Assembly (NCBI GenBank): GCA_035646815.1
Contig: DASRON010000025.1
Coordinates: forward strand, 1-45,086
Length of the DNA stretch: 45,086 bases
Source of the DNA: Patescibacteria group bacterium
Lineage (GTDB): Bacteria; Patescibacteriota; Microgenomatia; Levybacterales; UBA12049
Direction: 5' to 3'
Of this stretch, positions 1 to 9,662 are shown piece by piece. The position numbers were made by a program, and so were the translations under genes. Positions within the stretch are counted from its first letter, which is position 1; each line of letters starts with the position of its first letter. Under the pieces are notes generated by a model. It saw only the letters and a list, made by a program, of their open reading frames with translations. It ran no database searches and had not been told where the DNA came from.

Positions 1-2
1 CA

Positions 3-425
3 ATAAATGAGATTATTACAGAGGCAATTTTTTCGTTTAAAAAAGGGATGAGTGATGAAATTAAAAAGAAAATTGAAGAAAAAATAAAATATAGAAAAGA
101 AAAAAATCCTTGGGAATACCCAAGTATAGGAAGTACATTTAAAAATATATCCATTGATAAAGTACCAGAAGAACTTAAAAATCAATTTAAAGAAAAAATT
201 AAAACTGATCCAATTCCTGTGCTTTCTGCTGCAAGATTTATTAATCTTGCAGGATTAAAAGGTATAAAAATTGGTAATGCACAGTTTTCAGAAAAACACC
301 CAAACTTTATAGTTAATCTAGGAAATGCAAAAGCAAAAGACGTTAGAGCGCTAATTGATCTTGCAAAAGTAAAAGTTAAAGAAAAATTTAATATTGATCT
401 TGAAGAAGAAGTAAGTTATCTTTAA
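3..425 (+). CDS. murB: UDP-N-acetylenolpyruvoylglucosamine reductase MurB, C-terminal part (5' end lies outside the window)
   Basis: The frame is open from base 3 with no upstream stop. YPSIGSTFKN and HPNFIVNLGNAKAKDV resemble MurB C-terminal domain motifs. Confidence 0.8.
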   Translation: MNEIITEAIFSFKKGMSDEIKKKIEEKIKYRKEKNPWEYPSIGSTFKNISIDKVPEELKNQFKEKIKTDPIPVLSAARFINLAGLKGIKIGNAQFSEKHPNFIVNLGNAKAKDVRALIDLAKVKVKEKFNIDLEEEVSYL

Positions 426-461
426 AACTTCAAGGATTTAAAATGAAAGGTGGTGATAAAT

Positions 462-728
462 ATGGCAGAGGATAAAACTAAGAATCAGGAAATGGCAGTA
501 AATATAAATCTAGATAATACTCCTATATACTACACAGATAGTGTTTATATAACTGCAAATCCTGATGGAGTTGTTTTTGATGTATTACAAAAACTAGGGA
601 ATACGAATCAGGCAAGAATTGTTTCAAGATTTGGTATGAGTAGAGAGCATGCAAAGAAATTTGCAGCAGAACTATCAAAACTATTAGCAATTACAGAAGG
701 GCATACGAAGACGGGAAGCAAGAACTAA
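462..728 (+). CDS. small DUF3467-like protein
   Basis: ATG 462 lies 6 nt after AGGTGGTG (448-455); the track's GTG 450 falls inside that SD. The pattern VNINLDNTPIYYTDSVYITANPDGVVFDV...SREHAKKFAAEL fits my memory of DUF3467. Confidence 0.5.
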   Translation: MAEDKTKNQEMAVNINLDNTPIYYTDSVYITANPDGVVFDVLQKLGNTNQARIVSRFGMSREHAKKFAAELSKLLAITEGHTKTGSKN

Positions 729-731
729 CCG

Positions 732-761
732 TTGACTGACAGTTTTAGTAAATAGTATAAA
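732..761 (+). promoter_or_regulatory. sigma70-like promoter of the antiporter gene
   Basis: TTGACT (732-737), 18-nt spacer, TATAAA (756-761). The ATG at 768 is only 6 nt downstream. Confidence 0.5.
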
Positions 762-767
762 TAACTA

Positions 768-2459
768 ATGGGTAATGTTTTCCTCGAGTTCACAATTATA
801 ATTTGTTTTGCTGCATTAATATCACTTGTTTTTAGGTTGTTAAAGCAACCTGAAATTCTTGCTTACATTTTAACCGGAATAATTATTGGTCCCTTAGGCC
901 TATTTCATTTAGCAAATGTTGAATTCTTTTCTGCGCTTGCAGAAGTTGGAATAACGCTACTTTTGTTTATGATCGGTCTTGAAATTAGAATTGCCGATCT
1001 TTCCTCAGTAGGGAAGATGACTCTAATAGTTGGGCCTGCGCAAATTATATTTTCATTTATTATTGCTTATATTATTTCTCTTTTATTTGGTTTTCCTTTT
1101 TTAAGCGCGCTATACATTGCATTAGCAGTTACCTTTTCAAGCACAATTATTATTGTTAAACTTTTTTCAGATAAACGAGAGCTTCATGCGCTTTACGCAA
1201 AAATGTCTTTAGGAATATTACTTATTCAAGACTTTTTAGCAATAATGTTTTTAATCTTTTTGTCAGGATTTTCTTTAAAAACTGGGAGCTTTGCACCTCT
1301 AAATCAATTTGGACTAATTCTTCTAAAAGCAGGAATCTTATTTGGAGCAATAATTTATTTAAGTCAAAGAATATTTCCTAAGATAACAGAGTTTTTAGCA
1401 AAATCTCAAGAAACATTATTTTTAGCAAGTATTGCTTGGGTTTTTGGACTTGCTGCACTAGTTTCTTCTCCTTCTATCGGTTTTTCAATAGAAATTGGTG
1501 GATTCTTAGCAGGTCTTGCTTTGGCAAACTCTATTGCTAGTTATCAAATTATTGCTAGAGTAAAAATCTTACGTGATTTTTTTATTGTTATCTTTTTTGT
1601 TCTTCTGGGAATGCAAATGCAATTCTCACATGTAGAAAAAATCATAGTTCCTGCATTAGTTCTATCTTTTTTTGCATTAGTTATTAAGCCTTTTATTACT
1701 ATGCTTTTGATGGGGGACTTGGGATACCGTAAAAGAACTTCATTTTTAACTGGACTCTCGCTAGGTCAGATTTCTGAATTTTCACTTATTATGATTTTCT
1801 TAGGGTATAAGCTTGGTCATATCTCAGAAGATGTAGTATCTCTTATAACTCTTGTGGGAATTATAACTTTTGTTTTATCAACCTATGGGATTTCTTACAG
1901 TAAAAAGCTTTATTCAAAAACAAACGGATTTTTGAATTTTTTGGAAAATAAAAATGATAAAAGAATTGAAGTTATTTCATCTACAGACAGCTTGGAGCAT
2001 TTAAGGAATCATGTTGTTATTATTGGTGGAGATCAAATGGGGCAGAGTATATTAGAGGCTTTTGACGATATGGAAATTGACGTTGTTGTTATTGATTTTG
2101 ATCCTGGAATTTATAAAAAACTTGAAAGTAAGAAAATACATAGGCTTTTTGGTGATATCGCAGATCTAGATATTCAAACAAGAGCAAATCTAGATAGTGC
2201 AAAGCTAGTTATTTCAACAATTCCTGATCTTGAAGACAATCTTTTACTCTTACAAGAGCTTCGTCATGAAAATAGAAAAGCAAAAATTGTTACAATGGCA
2301 ATGGAAGGACATGAAGCAAAAACATTGTATAAAGCGGGATCAGATTATGTTGTTCTTCCATACCTTGCAGGAGGAAGGCAAATTGCAAAAATATTAGATG
2401 AGAATAATTTGAATAAGATTAAAAGCCTAAAGGAAAAAGATAAAGCTTATCTTAAGTAG
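768..2459 (+). CDS. Kef-type cation:proton antiporter (CPA2) with C-terminal TrkA-N/RCK domain
   Basis: About 380 aa of multi-TM region typical of Na_H_Exchanger proteins, followed by a Rossmann-like [17 protein letters not shown] segment. Confidence 0.8.
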   Translation: MGNVFLEFTIIICFAALISLVFRLLKQPEILAYILTGIIIGPLGLFHLANVEFFSALAEVGITLLLFMIGLEIRIADLSSVGKMTLIVGPAQIIFSFIIAYIISLLFGFPFLSALYIALAVTFSSTIIIVKLFSDKRELHALYAKMSLGILLIQDFLAIMFLIFLSGFSLKTGSFAPLNQFGLILLKAGILFGAIIYLSQRIFPKITEFLAKSQETLFLASIAWVFGLAALVSSPSIGFSIEIGGFLAGLALANSIASYQIIARVKILRDFFIVIFFVLLGMQMQFSHVEKIIVPALVLSFFALVIKPFITMLLMGDLGYRKRTSFLTGLSLGQISEFSLIMIFLGYKLGHISEDVVSLITLVGIITFVLSTYGISYSKKLYSKTNGFLNFLENKNDKRIEVISSTDSLEHLRNHVVIIGGDQMGQSILEAFDDMEIDVVVIDFDPGIYKKLESKKIHRLFGDIADLDIQTRANLDSAKLVISTIPDLEDNLLLLQELRHENRKAKIVTMAMEGHEAKTLYKAGSDYVVLPYLAGGRQIAKILDENNLNKIKSLKEKDKAYLK

Positions 2460-3375
2460 TTTTATTTTCTTCTGATTCATTTTCTCTAAGAAGTTTTTCA
2501 GTGTCTTTTTCTATTTCATCTAAGTTACCTTCTAAGATGCTAGGTAAATTATGCCAGGATTTGCTTATTCTATGATCAGTCATTCTGTCTTGAGGAAAAT
2601 TATACGTTCTTATTTTCTCAGCTCTCATTCCTCTGCCTACCTGAGTAGATTTTATAGAAGAAATTTCACCATGTCTTTTTTCAATTTCAATTTCCCATAT
2701 CTTTGCTCTAAGAAGTTTTTCAGCGTTTTCTCTATTTTGAATTTGTTGTCTTTCTGTTTGACATGTAACAACAATTCCTGTGGGTTTATGTTTAAGTCTC
2801 ACTGCAGTTGAAACTTTGTTTACGTTTTGTCCTCCATGACCTCCTGATCTAAAAGCATCAAATTCAATATCATCTGGGTTTATATGAAGATCAATATCTT
2901 CTAGTTCAGGAAGAATAGAAACAGTTGCAGTTGAAGTATGAATTCTTCCTCTTTTCTCAGTTTCAGGAGTTCTTTGTACTCTATGAACACCTGCTTCATA
3001 TTTTAAAAGTCCGAATGCACCCTTGCCGCTTATTTTTATAACTCCATCATCTAAGTTTTCTGTTTTATATCCTTTAATCTGAGCAAAGCGATTGTACATT
3101 CTTAATAATTCTTCTGCCCAAATTTTTGCCTCATCTCCTCCTGTAGCCCCCTTTACTTCAAGGATTGCATTTTTTTTATTTAACGAATCATCCTTATTAT
3201 TGTCACTAGGGTCGTTTCCTCCATTAAGTGAATCTTCAAGAGCAGTTTTTTGAATTTCTAAAGAATTAATTTCCTGTCTGGCAAGTTCTGCCATTTCAGG
3301 TTCTTTTAATAATTGCTTTACTTCTTCTATTTTTTGCTCAATTTCCTTGAGCTGAATTAATCTGTAGTCTTGCAT
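2452..3375 (-). CDS. prfA: peptide chain release factor 1 (short form)
   Basis: GGQ motif ([18 protein letters not shown]). [17 protein letters not shown] aligns with the RF1 PxT region, and [13 protein letters not shown] is present. 307 aa. Confidence 0.85.
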   Translation of the reverse strand: MQDYRLIQLKEIEQKIEEVKQLLKEPEMAELARQEINSLEIQKTALEDSLNGGNDPSDNNKDDSLNKKNAILEVKGATGGDEAKIWAEELLRMYNRFAQIKGYKTENLDDGVIKISGKGAFGLLKYEAGVHRVQRTPETEKRGRIHTSTATVSILPELEDIDLHINPDDIEFDAFRSGGHGGQNVNKVSTAVRLKHKPTGIVVTCQTERQQIQNRENAEKLLRAKIWEIEIEKRHGEISSIKSTQVGRGMRAEKIRTYNFPQDRMTDHRISKSWHNLPSILEGNLDEIEKDTEKLLRENESEENKTT

Positions 3376-3384
3376 GGGGAATAT

Positions 3385-3684
3385 TTATTTAACATCTAAT
3401 AGCATCTCACGAAGTGTTCTTGGTGAATTATCTCTTTTCTTCTGTTTTTCAATTTTTTCAACAACCTTTGCTTTATAAACTTCTGCAACTTTTTTCTTTT
3501 TTTCAAACTTATCTATTCTTGATGCGCTATCAACAAAGCGTTGTTCACCTGTATAAAAAGGATGACATTTATCGCAAAGCTCTACGTGAATTAATTCTTG
3601 TGTTGATCCAATATTAAAACGGTTTCCGCAAACACAAATAACTTGTGTTTTTTCAAAATATTGTGGGTGAATTGTCTGTTTCAT
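3385..3684 (-). CDS. rpmE: 50S ribosomal protein L31
   Basis: MKQTIHPQYF...CxC...CDKCHPFYTG is the L31 signature. ATG 3684 is preferred over the track's TTG 3693, which abuts the -10 box TATAAT (3699-3694). Confidence 0.85.
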   Translation of the reverse strand: MKQTIHPQYFEKTQVICVCGNRFNIGSTQELIHVELCDKCHPFYTGEQRFVDSASRIDKFEKKKKVAEVYKAKVVEKIEKQKKRDNSPRTLREMLLDVK

Positions 3685-3763
3685 AACCCCCAAATTATAC
3701 CTTATATTAGGAGTTAATACAAGCTTTATTTATTTATAAAATAATTTGCTATAATCATTGATA

Positions 3764-4204
3764 ATGAAAAAGATAATTACTCTTTGTTCAAGCGCTTCTC
3801 ATTACAAAGACGTTTTAGATATTGAGAAAGAATTAAAAAAACTTGGATTTAAAACAAGAGTTCCGAAAACCGCAAAAGTTATGAAAAAAACAAATAATTT
3901 TGATGTTAATTTTTATAAAACTTGGTACAAAAATAAAAAAGATTATATAAAAAAAACTAAATTCATACTAGATCATTTTAAAAAAATAATTAACGCAGAC
4001 TCAATATTAGTTGTAAATATGGAAAAAAATGGAGTAGAAGGATACATTGGAGGAAATGTGTTAATGGAGATGACAATTGCTTTTCATTATAAAAAAAAGA
4101 TTTTTATCTATAATGAAATTTCTGAGGATTTACAAATTAAAGAAGAGATTTATGGATTAAAACCAATATTTATTAATAGAGATTTAAGAAAGATTATAGG
4201 ATAG
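3764..4204 (+). CDS. hypothetical protein, possibly nucleoside 2-deoxyribosyltransferase-like fold
   Basis: ADSILVVNMEKNGVEGYIGGNVLMEMTIAFHYKKKIFIY resembles the C-terminal motif of that superfamily (weak, from memory). ATG 3764 lies 8 nt after TGcTATAAT (3747-3755). Confidence 0.3.
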   Translation: MKKIITLCSSASHYKDVLDIEKELKKLGFKTRVPKTAKVMKKTNNFDVNFYKTWYKNKKDYIKKTKFILDHFKKIINADSILVVNMEKNGVEGYIGGNVLMEMTIAFHYKKKIFIYNEISEDLQIKEEIYGLKPIFINRDLRKIIG

Positions 4205-4226
4205 AGAAAAAATAAAATATCTTTTA

Positions 4227-4255
4227 TTGACACGCTATGTTGATAGGAATAATAT
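4227..4255 (+). promoter_or_regulatory. consensus sigma70-like promoter with a ~260-nt untranslated region before the next long ORF
   Basis: TTGACA (4227-4232), 17-nt spacer, TAATAT (4250-4255). Confidence 0.5.
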
Positions 4256-4518
4256 ATAGCTATAAGGTAATTATGTATGGAAAGAGATCGATTTTTTAAC
4301 GCAACACAAAAAATCCCTCAGGTTTCTACGACAATAATGTTTCAACAAGAGATTCAGGGCTTGTAAGAGAACAAACAACCTCTTTCTTACATGGTGCTGC
4401 TAGAAGAATAGGGATAAGCTAAAAGAAAGAAAAAAAGAAAAAACGGTTATGGAAGTTATGCGATTTTTGTGTGAGGTTCCTTTAAAAAAAGGAGAAGAAT
4501 TTTGTAATTTAAGAAAAT

Positions 4519-4866
4519 ATGAAACTTTCACTAAAAGATATTATTAGTACAATTTTAATAGTCATTGTTGGAGTAATAGTATATCTTGATTCAACAGGAA
4601 TAGAATTCCCGTTTAGTCGTAACTATAGAGCTGGAATAATTATGCTATTTGTTTTAGGACTTTCAATTTGTGCATTTGGTTCAAGAGCAACATGGCCTAT
4701 TAAATCATCAAACTTAGCACTTATGTTTTCAGCTTTATTTGGAGTTCTAGTTTTAATATTTGCGATAATAGGCATTATTGTGGGTGGACAATTCTTTTTT
4801 TATCTGCTTGCTTGTATGATTGTTTTATTGTGGACTATAACTACTTTGCGTCATATTGTAAGTTAG
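4519..4866 (+). CDS. small integral membrane protein (hypothetical)
   Basis: 115 aa with four hydrophobic segments; no recognisable family. Confidence 0.5.
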   Translation: MKLSLKDIISTILIVIVGVIVYLDSTGIEFPFSRNYRAGIIMLFVLGLSICAFGSRATWPIKSSNLALMFSALFGVLVLIFAIIGIIVGGQFFFYLLACMIVLLWTITTLRHIVS

Positions 4867-4901
4867 TTTTATAAAACAAAATAACTTACTTAATTTTTTT
4901 T
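4858..4901. terminator. AT-rich hairpin plus T-run between convergent genes
   Basis: GTAAGTTAgTTTT / AAAATAACTTAC stem with a 7-nt loop, followed by TTAATTTTTTTT. It overlaps the stop codons of both flanking genes. Confidence 0.3.
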
Positions 4902-6046
4902 ATAATCTCTTCAATAGATAAAACTTCTTGAGTTCTTTTTTGCATATTTTTAAGAATAGTTTTGTCTTTGTCAAAAATTATCACAAAGGGAATATTTTTT
5001 CGGTCAGCATATTTTAACTGTTTTTCTAAATCCTTTTCTTCTAGAAATATTTCCGTTGCTATATTTTTATCTCTTAATTTATTAGCAATTCCAATAGAAT
5101 TTTTATTATAAGTAACTAAAACTTTGGTGCCGCTTAAGGATTTTGGAAAAAGCATAAGATCCTCCATGGCATCAATTATTCTGTCAAATCCAAATGAAAA
5201 TCCGGATGCTGCAAATGAATTTCCTGTAAAAAGAGAAATAAGATTATTATACCTTCCTCCGCCACCTAATGATCCTCCTTTGTATTCACTATCTTCTGCT
5301 TCAATTATTACACCTGTGTAATAATCAAGTCCTCTGGCAAGAGTAGGGTCGAATGCAATTTTTTTATCAAGAGAGAGTTCATTTGCTAAGTTTAAGATTT
5401 TTATAATTCGCTCACTTGGTTTATTTGTAGTAAGCTTTTCTAGGAGATTTTTATCAAGATTATTTTCTTCCAATTCATTTTTAACTTTTTCTGCTCCAAT
5501 CTTTTTAAGTTTATCAATAATAGTAATTGCTTTTTTAGGAATATCTCTTAGTAACCCTCGATCATTAATGAAAATCTTAACTTTTTTAAACCCTAATTTT
5601 TCAAAACCTTTTATTGCAATTTCTATAAGTTCGAAATCAGATAGAAGAGAATCTGTGCCGACAATATCAATGTCACACTGCATAAATTCTCTATATCTTC
5701 CTTTTTGTGGGTTTTCAGCTCTAAAAGCAGGTTGTATTTGGTACCGTTTAAATGGAAAAACTAAATTATTTTGATTTTGAGCAATAACTCTTGCCAAAGG
5801 AACTGTCTGATCGTATTTTAAAGCAACTTTTCTTCCTCCATTATCAGTAAACTTATACATTAATTTGTCACCCTCTTTGCCATATTTTCCTGTTAATACT
5901 TCTTCATATTCAAGAGTTGGTGTTTCTAAAGGTTCAAATCCATAAACCTCAAACACCTCTTTTAAGGTGCTTATTACATATTGTCTTTTTTTGGCATTAA
6001 CGGGTAAAAAATCCCTAAAGCCTTTAAGTGTTTGTGCTTTTATCAT
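4886..6046 (-). CDS. hisS: histidine--tRNA ligase
   Basis: N-terminal TLKGFRDFLP, the GGGGRYNNL motif, and a C-terminal anticodon-binding-like segment. 386 aa. Confidence 0.85.
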   Translation of the reverse strand: MIKAQTLKGFRDFLPVNAKKRQYVISTLKEVFEVYGFEPLETPTLEYEEVLTGKYGKEGDKLMYKFTDNGGRKVALKYDQTVPLARVIAQNQNNLVFPFKRYQIQPAFRAENPQKGRYREFMQCDIDIVGTDSLLSDFELIEIAIKGFEKLGFKKVKIFINDRGLLRDIPKKAITIIDKLKKIGAEKVKNELEENNLDKNLLEKLTTNKPSERIIKILNLANELSLDKKIAFDPTLARGLDYYTGVIIEAEDSEYKGGSLGGGGRYNNLISLFTGNSFAASGFSFGFDRIIDAMEDLMLFPKSLSGTKVLVTYNKNSIGIANKLRDKNIATEIFLEEKDLEKQLKYADRKNIPFVIIFDKDKTILKNMQKRTQEVLSIEEIIKKIK

Positions 6047-6068
6047 AATATCCTATATTATATCATTT

Positions 6069-7073
6069 TTAAGCTTCTTTTGGGGAAATAAAGTAGTGAC
6101 CTAGATCATGAATAATCAAAATTATTATACTTATTACGGGAATTGCGAAAATTGCACCCATTGCACCAGCTATTTTTATACCTACAAAAAACGATAAAAG
6201 AACAATAATAGGGTGAATCTTAAATGCTCTTCCTATAAATTTTGGTCCCCATATGTTAAATAAAAATTGTTGAAAGATTAGAAGGAGAAGGAAAACAATA
6301 AGTGCTTTTGCAGGATCTAATACAAACGCAAAGAAAACAGGAGGGATAATTCCCAAAATTGGTCCAATCATAGGAATAATTGTTAAAATGCCTGAGATAA
6401 CACCAGTTGATGCTGCAAAATCAACTCCTAAAAGTCTTAATACTGCCCAAGTTGCTACTCCGTTAATAATCGCAAAAGTTAGCTGAACTCTTATAAAAGA
6501 AGCAAAAGTCATGTTAATAATATTTTCAACAGTATTAAAACCTTTATGCCACTTTCTAGGTATGAGATCATATGCTTCATTATTTATTCTTTCTTTATCT
6601 ACGATAAGGTAAAAAGAGATAATTAAGATTATAAGAGCAGAAAATAAAAAGTTTGCAACAGATGGAATTAAAGACGCATAATTATCCAGAGATAAAATAA
6701 AGCTTTCAATCCATTTTTGAATAACTTTTGGCGTTGTATTAAGATAAGCAGGAAGAGCTTTTGATAAAGCATTTAATTGGTAGCTTATAGCAGGAATAAA
6801 TAGCAGTACTATAGCAGTAATAATAATTGCTAAAAGAAGATAGACCAAAATTGCAGATATAGTCTTAGAAGTTTTAAGAACTTTTGAAAAAAAGTCCACA
6901 ATTGGTTCAAGAATAAAACTTAAAAGCCAGGAAAGAATTAAAATTGCTATTACATCTGAAAAATTACCTAGGAATTGCCATGTGCTCTGAAGAAGATAAA
7001 AAGCAACAGTAATTGTAAGTAAAACAGATAAAAGTTTAAGTGATGAAAGTTCTTTTTTTATTTCTTCAAACAT
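6069..7073 (-). CDS. AI-2E family transporter (PerM/UPF0118-like permease)
   Basis: 334 aa with about 8 TM segments and an overall pattern typical of the family. Confidence 0.7.
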   Translation of the reverse strand: MFEEIKKELSSLKLLSVLLTITVAFYLLQSTWQFLGNFSDVIAILILSWLLSFILEPIVDFFSKVLKTSKTISAILVYLLLAIIITAIVLLFIPAISYQLNALSKALPAYLNTTPKVIQKWIESFILSLDNYASLIPSVANFLFSALIILIISFYLIVDKERINNEAYDLIPRKWHKGFNTVENIINMTFASFIRVQLTFAIINGVATWAVLRLLGVDFAASTGVISGILTIIPMIGPILGIIPPVFFAFVLDPAKALIVFLLLLIFQQFLFNIWGPKFIGRAFKIHPIIVLLSFFVGIKIAGAMGAIFAIPVISIIILIIHDLGHYFISPKEA

Positions 7074-7123
7074 ACTTCTATCGTAGCGGGATTTTCCAAA
7101 TAATTCAATAGGGATTAAATTTT

Positions 7124-7834
7124 TTAAAGAATAATAATATTTTTAGGAGAATTAGTTAGTATCTTAATTTTAGTTTCAGTTAATAAAATTAAATCTTCAA
7201 TTCTTACACCGCCAAACCCTTTTATATAAATAGCTGGTTCAATTGAAAAAATCATTCCTGGTTTTAAATACGTTTTTGATTTTGGTGACAATCTTAATCC
7301 AGAATGTACTTTTTTACCTATTCCATGACCAAGCGAGTGGGGCATTGGTTCAAATTTTTTTGAAACAATAAATTCTCTTGCTATCCTATCTACATCAAAT
7401 GTTTTTATAGAGCGTTGTTTCTTTGCAAATGATTCTAATAAATCAATTGCTTTTTTTTGAGCTTCTAAAACAGTTTTATAAAGATCAACTTGCTTATTAG
7501 TAGCTTTTTTAAAAAAAAGAGTTCTTGTCATGTCAGAAGGATAACCGTTTATTCTTGCTCCAAAGTCAAGCATTATAAAATCTCCTTTTTTTAGCTTGCG
7601 ATTGGTTGGATTTTGATGATGAATCTCAGCTGAATTTTCTCCAAATGCCACAATTGTTTTAAAAGCAATTCCTTCTGATTTCTTTTTTAAAAAAACATTT
7701 ATTAATTTTACAATTTCTATTTCTGTTACATCTTCTTCAAGAAAAGGAAGAATAAAATTAAAACATTTATCACCAATGCGACATGCTTTTTTAATAGAAT
7801 AAATTTTATCTTTTCTTCTTGCGAGTCTTGCCAT
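7124..7834 (-). CDS. M24-family metallopeptidase (Xaa-Pro aminopeptidase-like catalytic domain only)
   Basis: DFGARINGYPSDMTRT, HSLGHGIGKKVH and GGVRIEDLILLT are pita-bread fold metal-ligand motifs. Confidence 0.7.
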   Translation of the reverse strand: MARLARRKDKIYSIKKACRIGDKCFNFILPFLEEDVTEIEIVKLINVFLKKKSEGIAFKTIVAFGENSAEIHHQNPTNRKLKKGDFIMLDFGARINGYPSDMTRTLFFKKATNKQVDLYKTVLEAQKKAIDLLESFAKKQRSIKTFDVDRIAREFIVSKKFEPMPHSLGHGIGKKVHSGLRLSPKSKTYLKPGMIFSIEPAIYIKGFGGVRIEDLILLTETKIKILTNSPKNIIIL

Positions 7835-8610
7835 TAGTTATTTATAGGAGTTAATTTTTTACCGCTTCCTGTAGAGGGGATAATAGTTGTTTCAGGATTA
7901 AGCGCTTCAGGAACAATATTTATTTTAGGATTTTTTGGAATTTCTGAAAATATAATTATTTTTGAAGCAAGCAAAGTATTCTTATCATTTTTATCTAAAT
8001 ATCCAAAAACTAAAACGTTTTGATTTTCAGAAAGTTTGGAAAAGCCTGACGAGGCAATATCTTTTTTCTTGGTATATTCAAATGTTTTAGTAATGGTTGC
8101 AACATCAACAGTTATTTTTTCTTTCTCGCTTATTAATCTAAAAGTATTCTTTTTATTATCAACTGAAAAAACTGCTCCTTGAATTATTTTAGGAAGAGTA
8201 ATCACATCAATTTCTCTTGCCATGATTCTTTTTGACTGCTTATTATAAAGACCGATTATGCCAAGAGTATTTCCTTTTGTAATATCAGAAATTCCAAATG
8301 ATTTTGAATCTGGTGAGTAAAATCTTGTTAATTCGTCAACGTCTATATATCTTTTATCTCCCTTAATATCGATTAAAACTATCTGTGTTCCCGAAGCTTC
8401 TTCTACGGTTCCAGTAATTCCTCTTTTTTCGACAAGATTTAATTCAGCAACTCTTGATGCAATTTTACTTTTTAAATTATCAAGTTGCTTGGCTTCGGTA
8501 TTTTCTTGAGAAATTATGGTAGGTGTTTTAGTTGGAGTTGCTGCAAACGAACCCTTTGTAATAAAAACAGTAGTGATTAAAATAACAATAATAATTATTA
8601 ATTTCTTCAT
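7834..8610 (-). CDS. exported hypothetical protein
   Basis: N-terminal signal peptide (MKKLIIIIVILITTVFITKGSFA). The stop overlaps the start of the next gene by 1 nt. Confidence 0.55.
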   Translation of the reverse strand: MKKLIIIIVILITTVFITKGSFAATPTKTPTIISQENTEAKQLDNLKSKIASRVAELNLVEKRGITGTVEEASGTQIVLIDIKGDKRYIDVDELTRFYSPDSKSFGISDITKGNTLGIIGLYNKQSKRIMAREIDVITLPKIIQGAVFSVDNKKNTFRLISEKEKITVDVATITKTFEYTKKKDIASSGFSKLSENQNVLVFGYLDKNDKNTLLASKIIIFSEIPKNPKINIVPEALNPETTIIPSTGSGKKLTPINN

Positions 8611-8611
8611 T

Positions 8612-9037
8612 TTAAAATTCCTCAGTTGTGAAAGATACAGTTCTTTCTATTGTTTTTTCTTCTCCATTTGGTGCAATAGCAGTTATTCTTATAATATTTA
8701 CTCCGTCTGAAATATTTACAGTTGTCGAAAAGTCTCCTGCTAAGCTCGGTTTTAATATATCAAAATCTGATTTAGTAAAAATAGCAATAATTGCATCAGG
8801 ATTTGTTTTTCCTGACACAGTAACGATCTTTTTATCAGAAAGTTTTTCATCAGATGGATTATTTATAGAAAGAAAAATTGTAGATTCTGGGGTTGGAGAA
8901 GGGGCTTTTACTAAAATAGGATTAGCCTTGAACTGAGGGAGTATTTTTGTGTATTGATAAAAGTAAAAGGCAATTCCTGCAAAAACCAAACCAATTACAA
9001 TTGCTAAGAGTGCCAAAACTGTTTTTTCTTTTTTCAT
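8612..9037 (-). CDS. membrane-anchored hypothetical protein
   Basis: One N-terminal TM segment followed by a beta-rich ~100-aa domain. Confidence 0.55.
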   Translation of the reverse strand: MKKEKTVLALLAIVIGLVFAGIAFYFYQYTKILPQFKANPILVKAPSPTPESTIFLSINNPSDEKLSDKKIVTVSGKTNPDAIIAIFTKSDFDILKPSLAGDFSTTVNISDGVNIIRITAIAPNGEEKTIERTVSFTTEEF

Positions 9038-9053
9038 ATCATTAGAGCATTTT

Positions 9054-9082
9054 ATATTACGAAAAAAAGGTTATCTTGTCAA
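9054..9082 (-). promoter_or_regulatory. promoter of the 9037-7124 minus-strand operon
   Basis: On the minus strand: TTGACA (9082-9077), 17-nt spacer, TAATAT (9059-9054). Confidence 0.5.
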
Positions 9083-9104
9083 GAAAAATTAGATATGATA
9101 GGAT
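9076..9104 (+). promoter_or_regulatory. promoter of the plus-strand block starting at 9111
   Basis: TTGTCA (9076-9081), 17-nt spacer, TGaTAGGAT (-10 at 9099-9104). ATG 9111 is 6 nt downstream. Confidence 0.5.
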
Positions 9105-9110
9105 TGAAAA

Positions 9111-9638
9111 ATGGAAATTGTTTACGTTGATAATAAATGTTTAAAAATCCGAAGTAAGAAAACATCCTTTGTTGTAGACCCAAATTCTAGTATGACAAAA
9201 ACTTCTGCAGATTTTATATTACTCTTAAAAGATGAAAAATATAATCTTCAAAAAATTAGTGATTATAGATTGATTATTTCAGGTTCAGGAGAATATGAGC
9301 TTGGAGGAATTAAAGTTTCTGGAGTAAGAACAGGAGCAGATTTTGTTTACAGTATCAGAATTGACAATACAGAGCTTATTATAGGAAAAGCAGATGCCAT
9401 TTCTAAAATGCCAGATAAAGCAAGGGAGCATGAACTGGCAATTTTAAATACAGATACAGTTTTATCAGAATCAATAATAACTATAATTGAACCTCGTATG
9501 GTCGTTCTTTACGGAGATAAAATAGAGGAATCTATAAAAGCATTAGGAAAAGATTTAGCAATGGTTCAAAAGACAAAAAAACTATCCATAAAAGAAGGTA
9601 AGCTTCCTGAAGAAATGGAAGTAGTTGTATTAGAATAG
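9111..9638 (+). CDS. hypothetical protein (possibly a degenerate MBL-fold-like protein)
   Basis: 175 aa with no HxHxDH motif; family assignment is not supported. Confidence 0.45.
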   Translation: MEIVYVDNKCLKIRSKKTSFVVDPNSSMTKTSADFILLLKDEKYNLQKISDYRLIISGSGEYELGGIKVSGVRTGADFVYSIRIDNTELIIGKADAISKMPDKAREHELAILNTDTVLSESIITIIEPRMVVLYGDKIEESIKALGKDLAMVQKTKKLSIKEGKLPEEMEVVVLE

Positions 9639-9662
9639 TTTTGGAGTTAGAATATATGTCTT

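Noticed and set aside
3685-3693. A GGGGG run upstream of rpmE, considered as a Shine-Dalgarno sequence.
   Set aside because: It lies immediately after the TATAAT -10 box, at or before the predicted transcription start. It is therefore probably not part of the mRNA leader.
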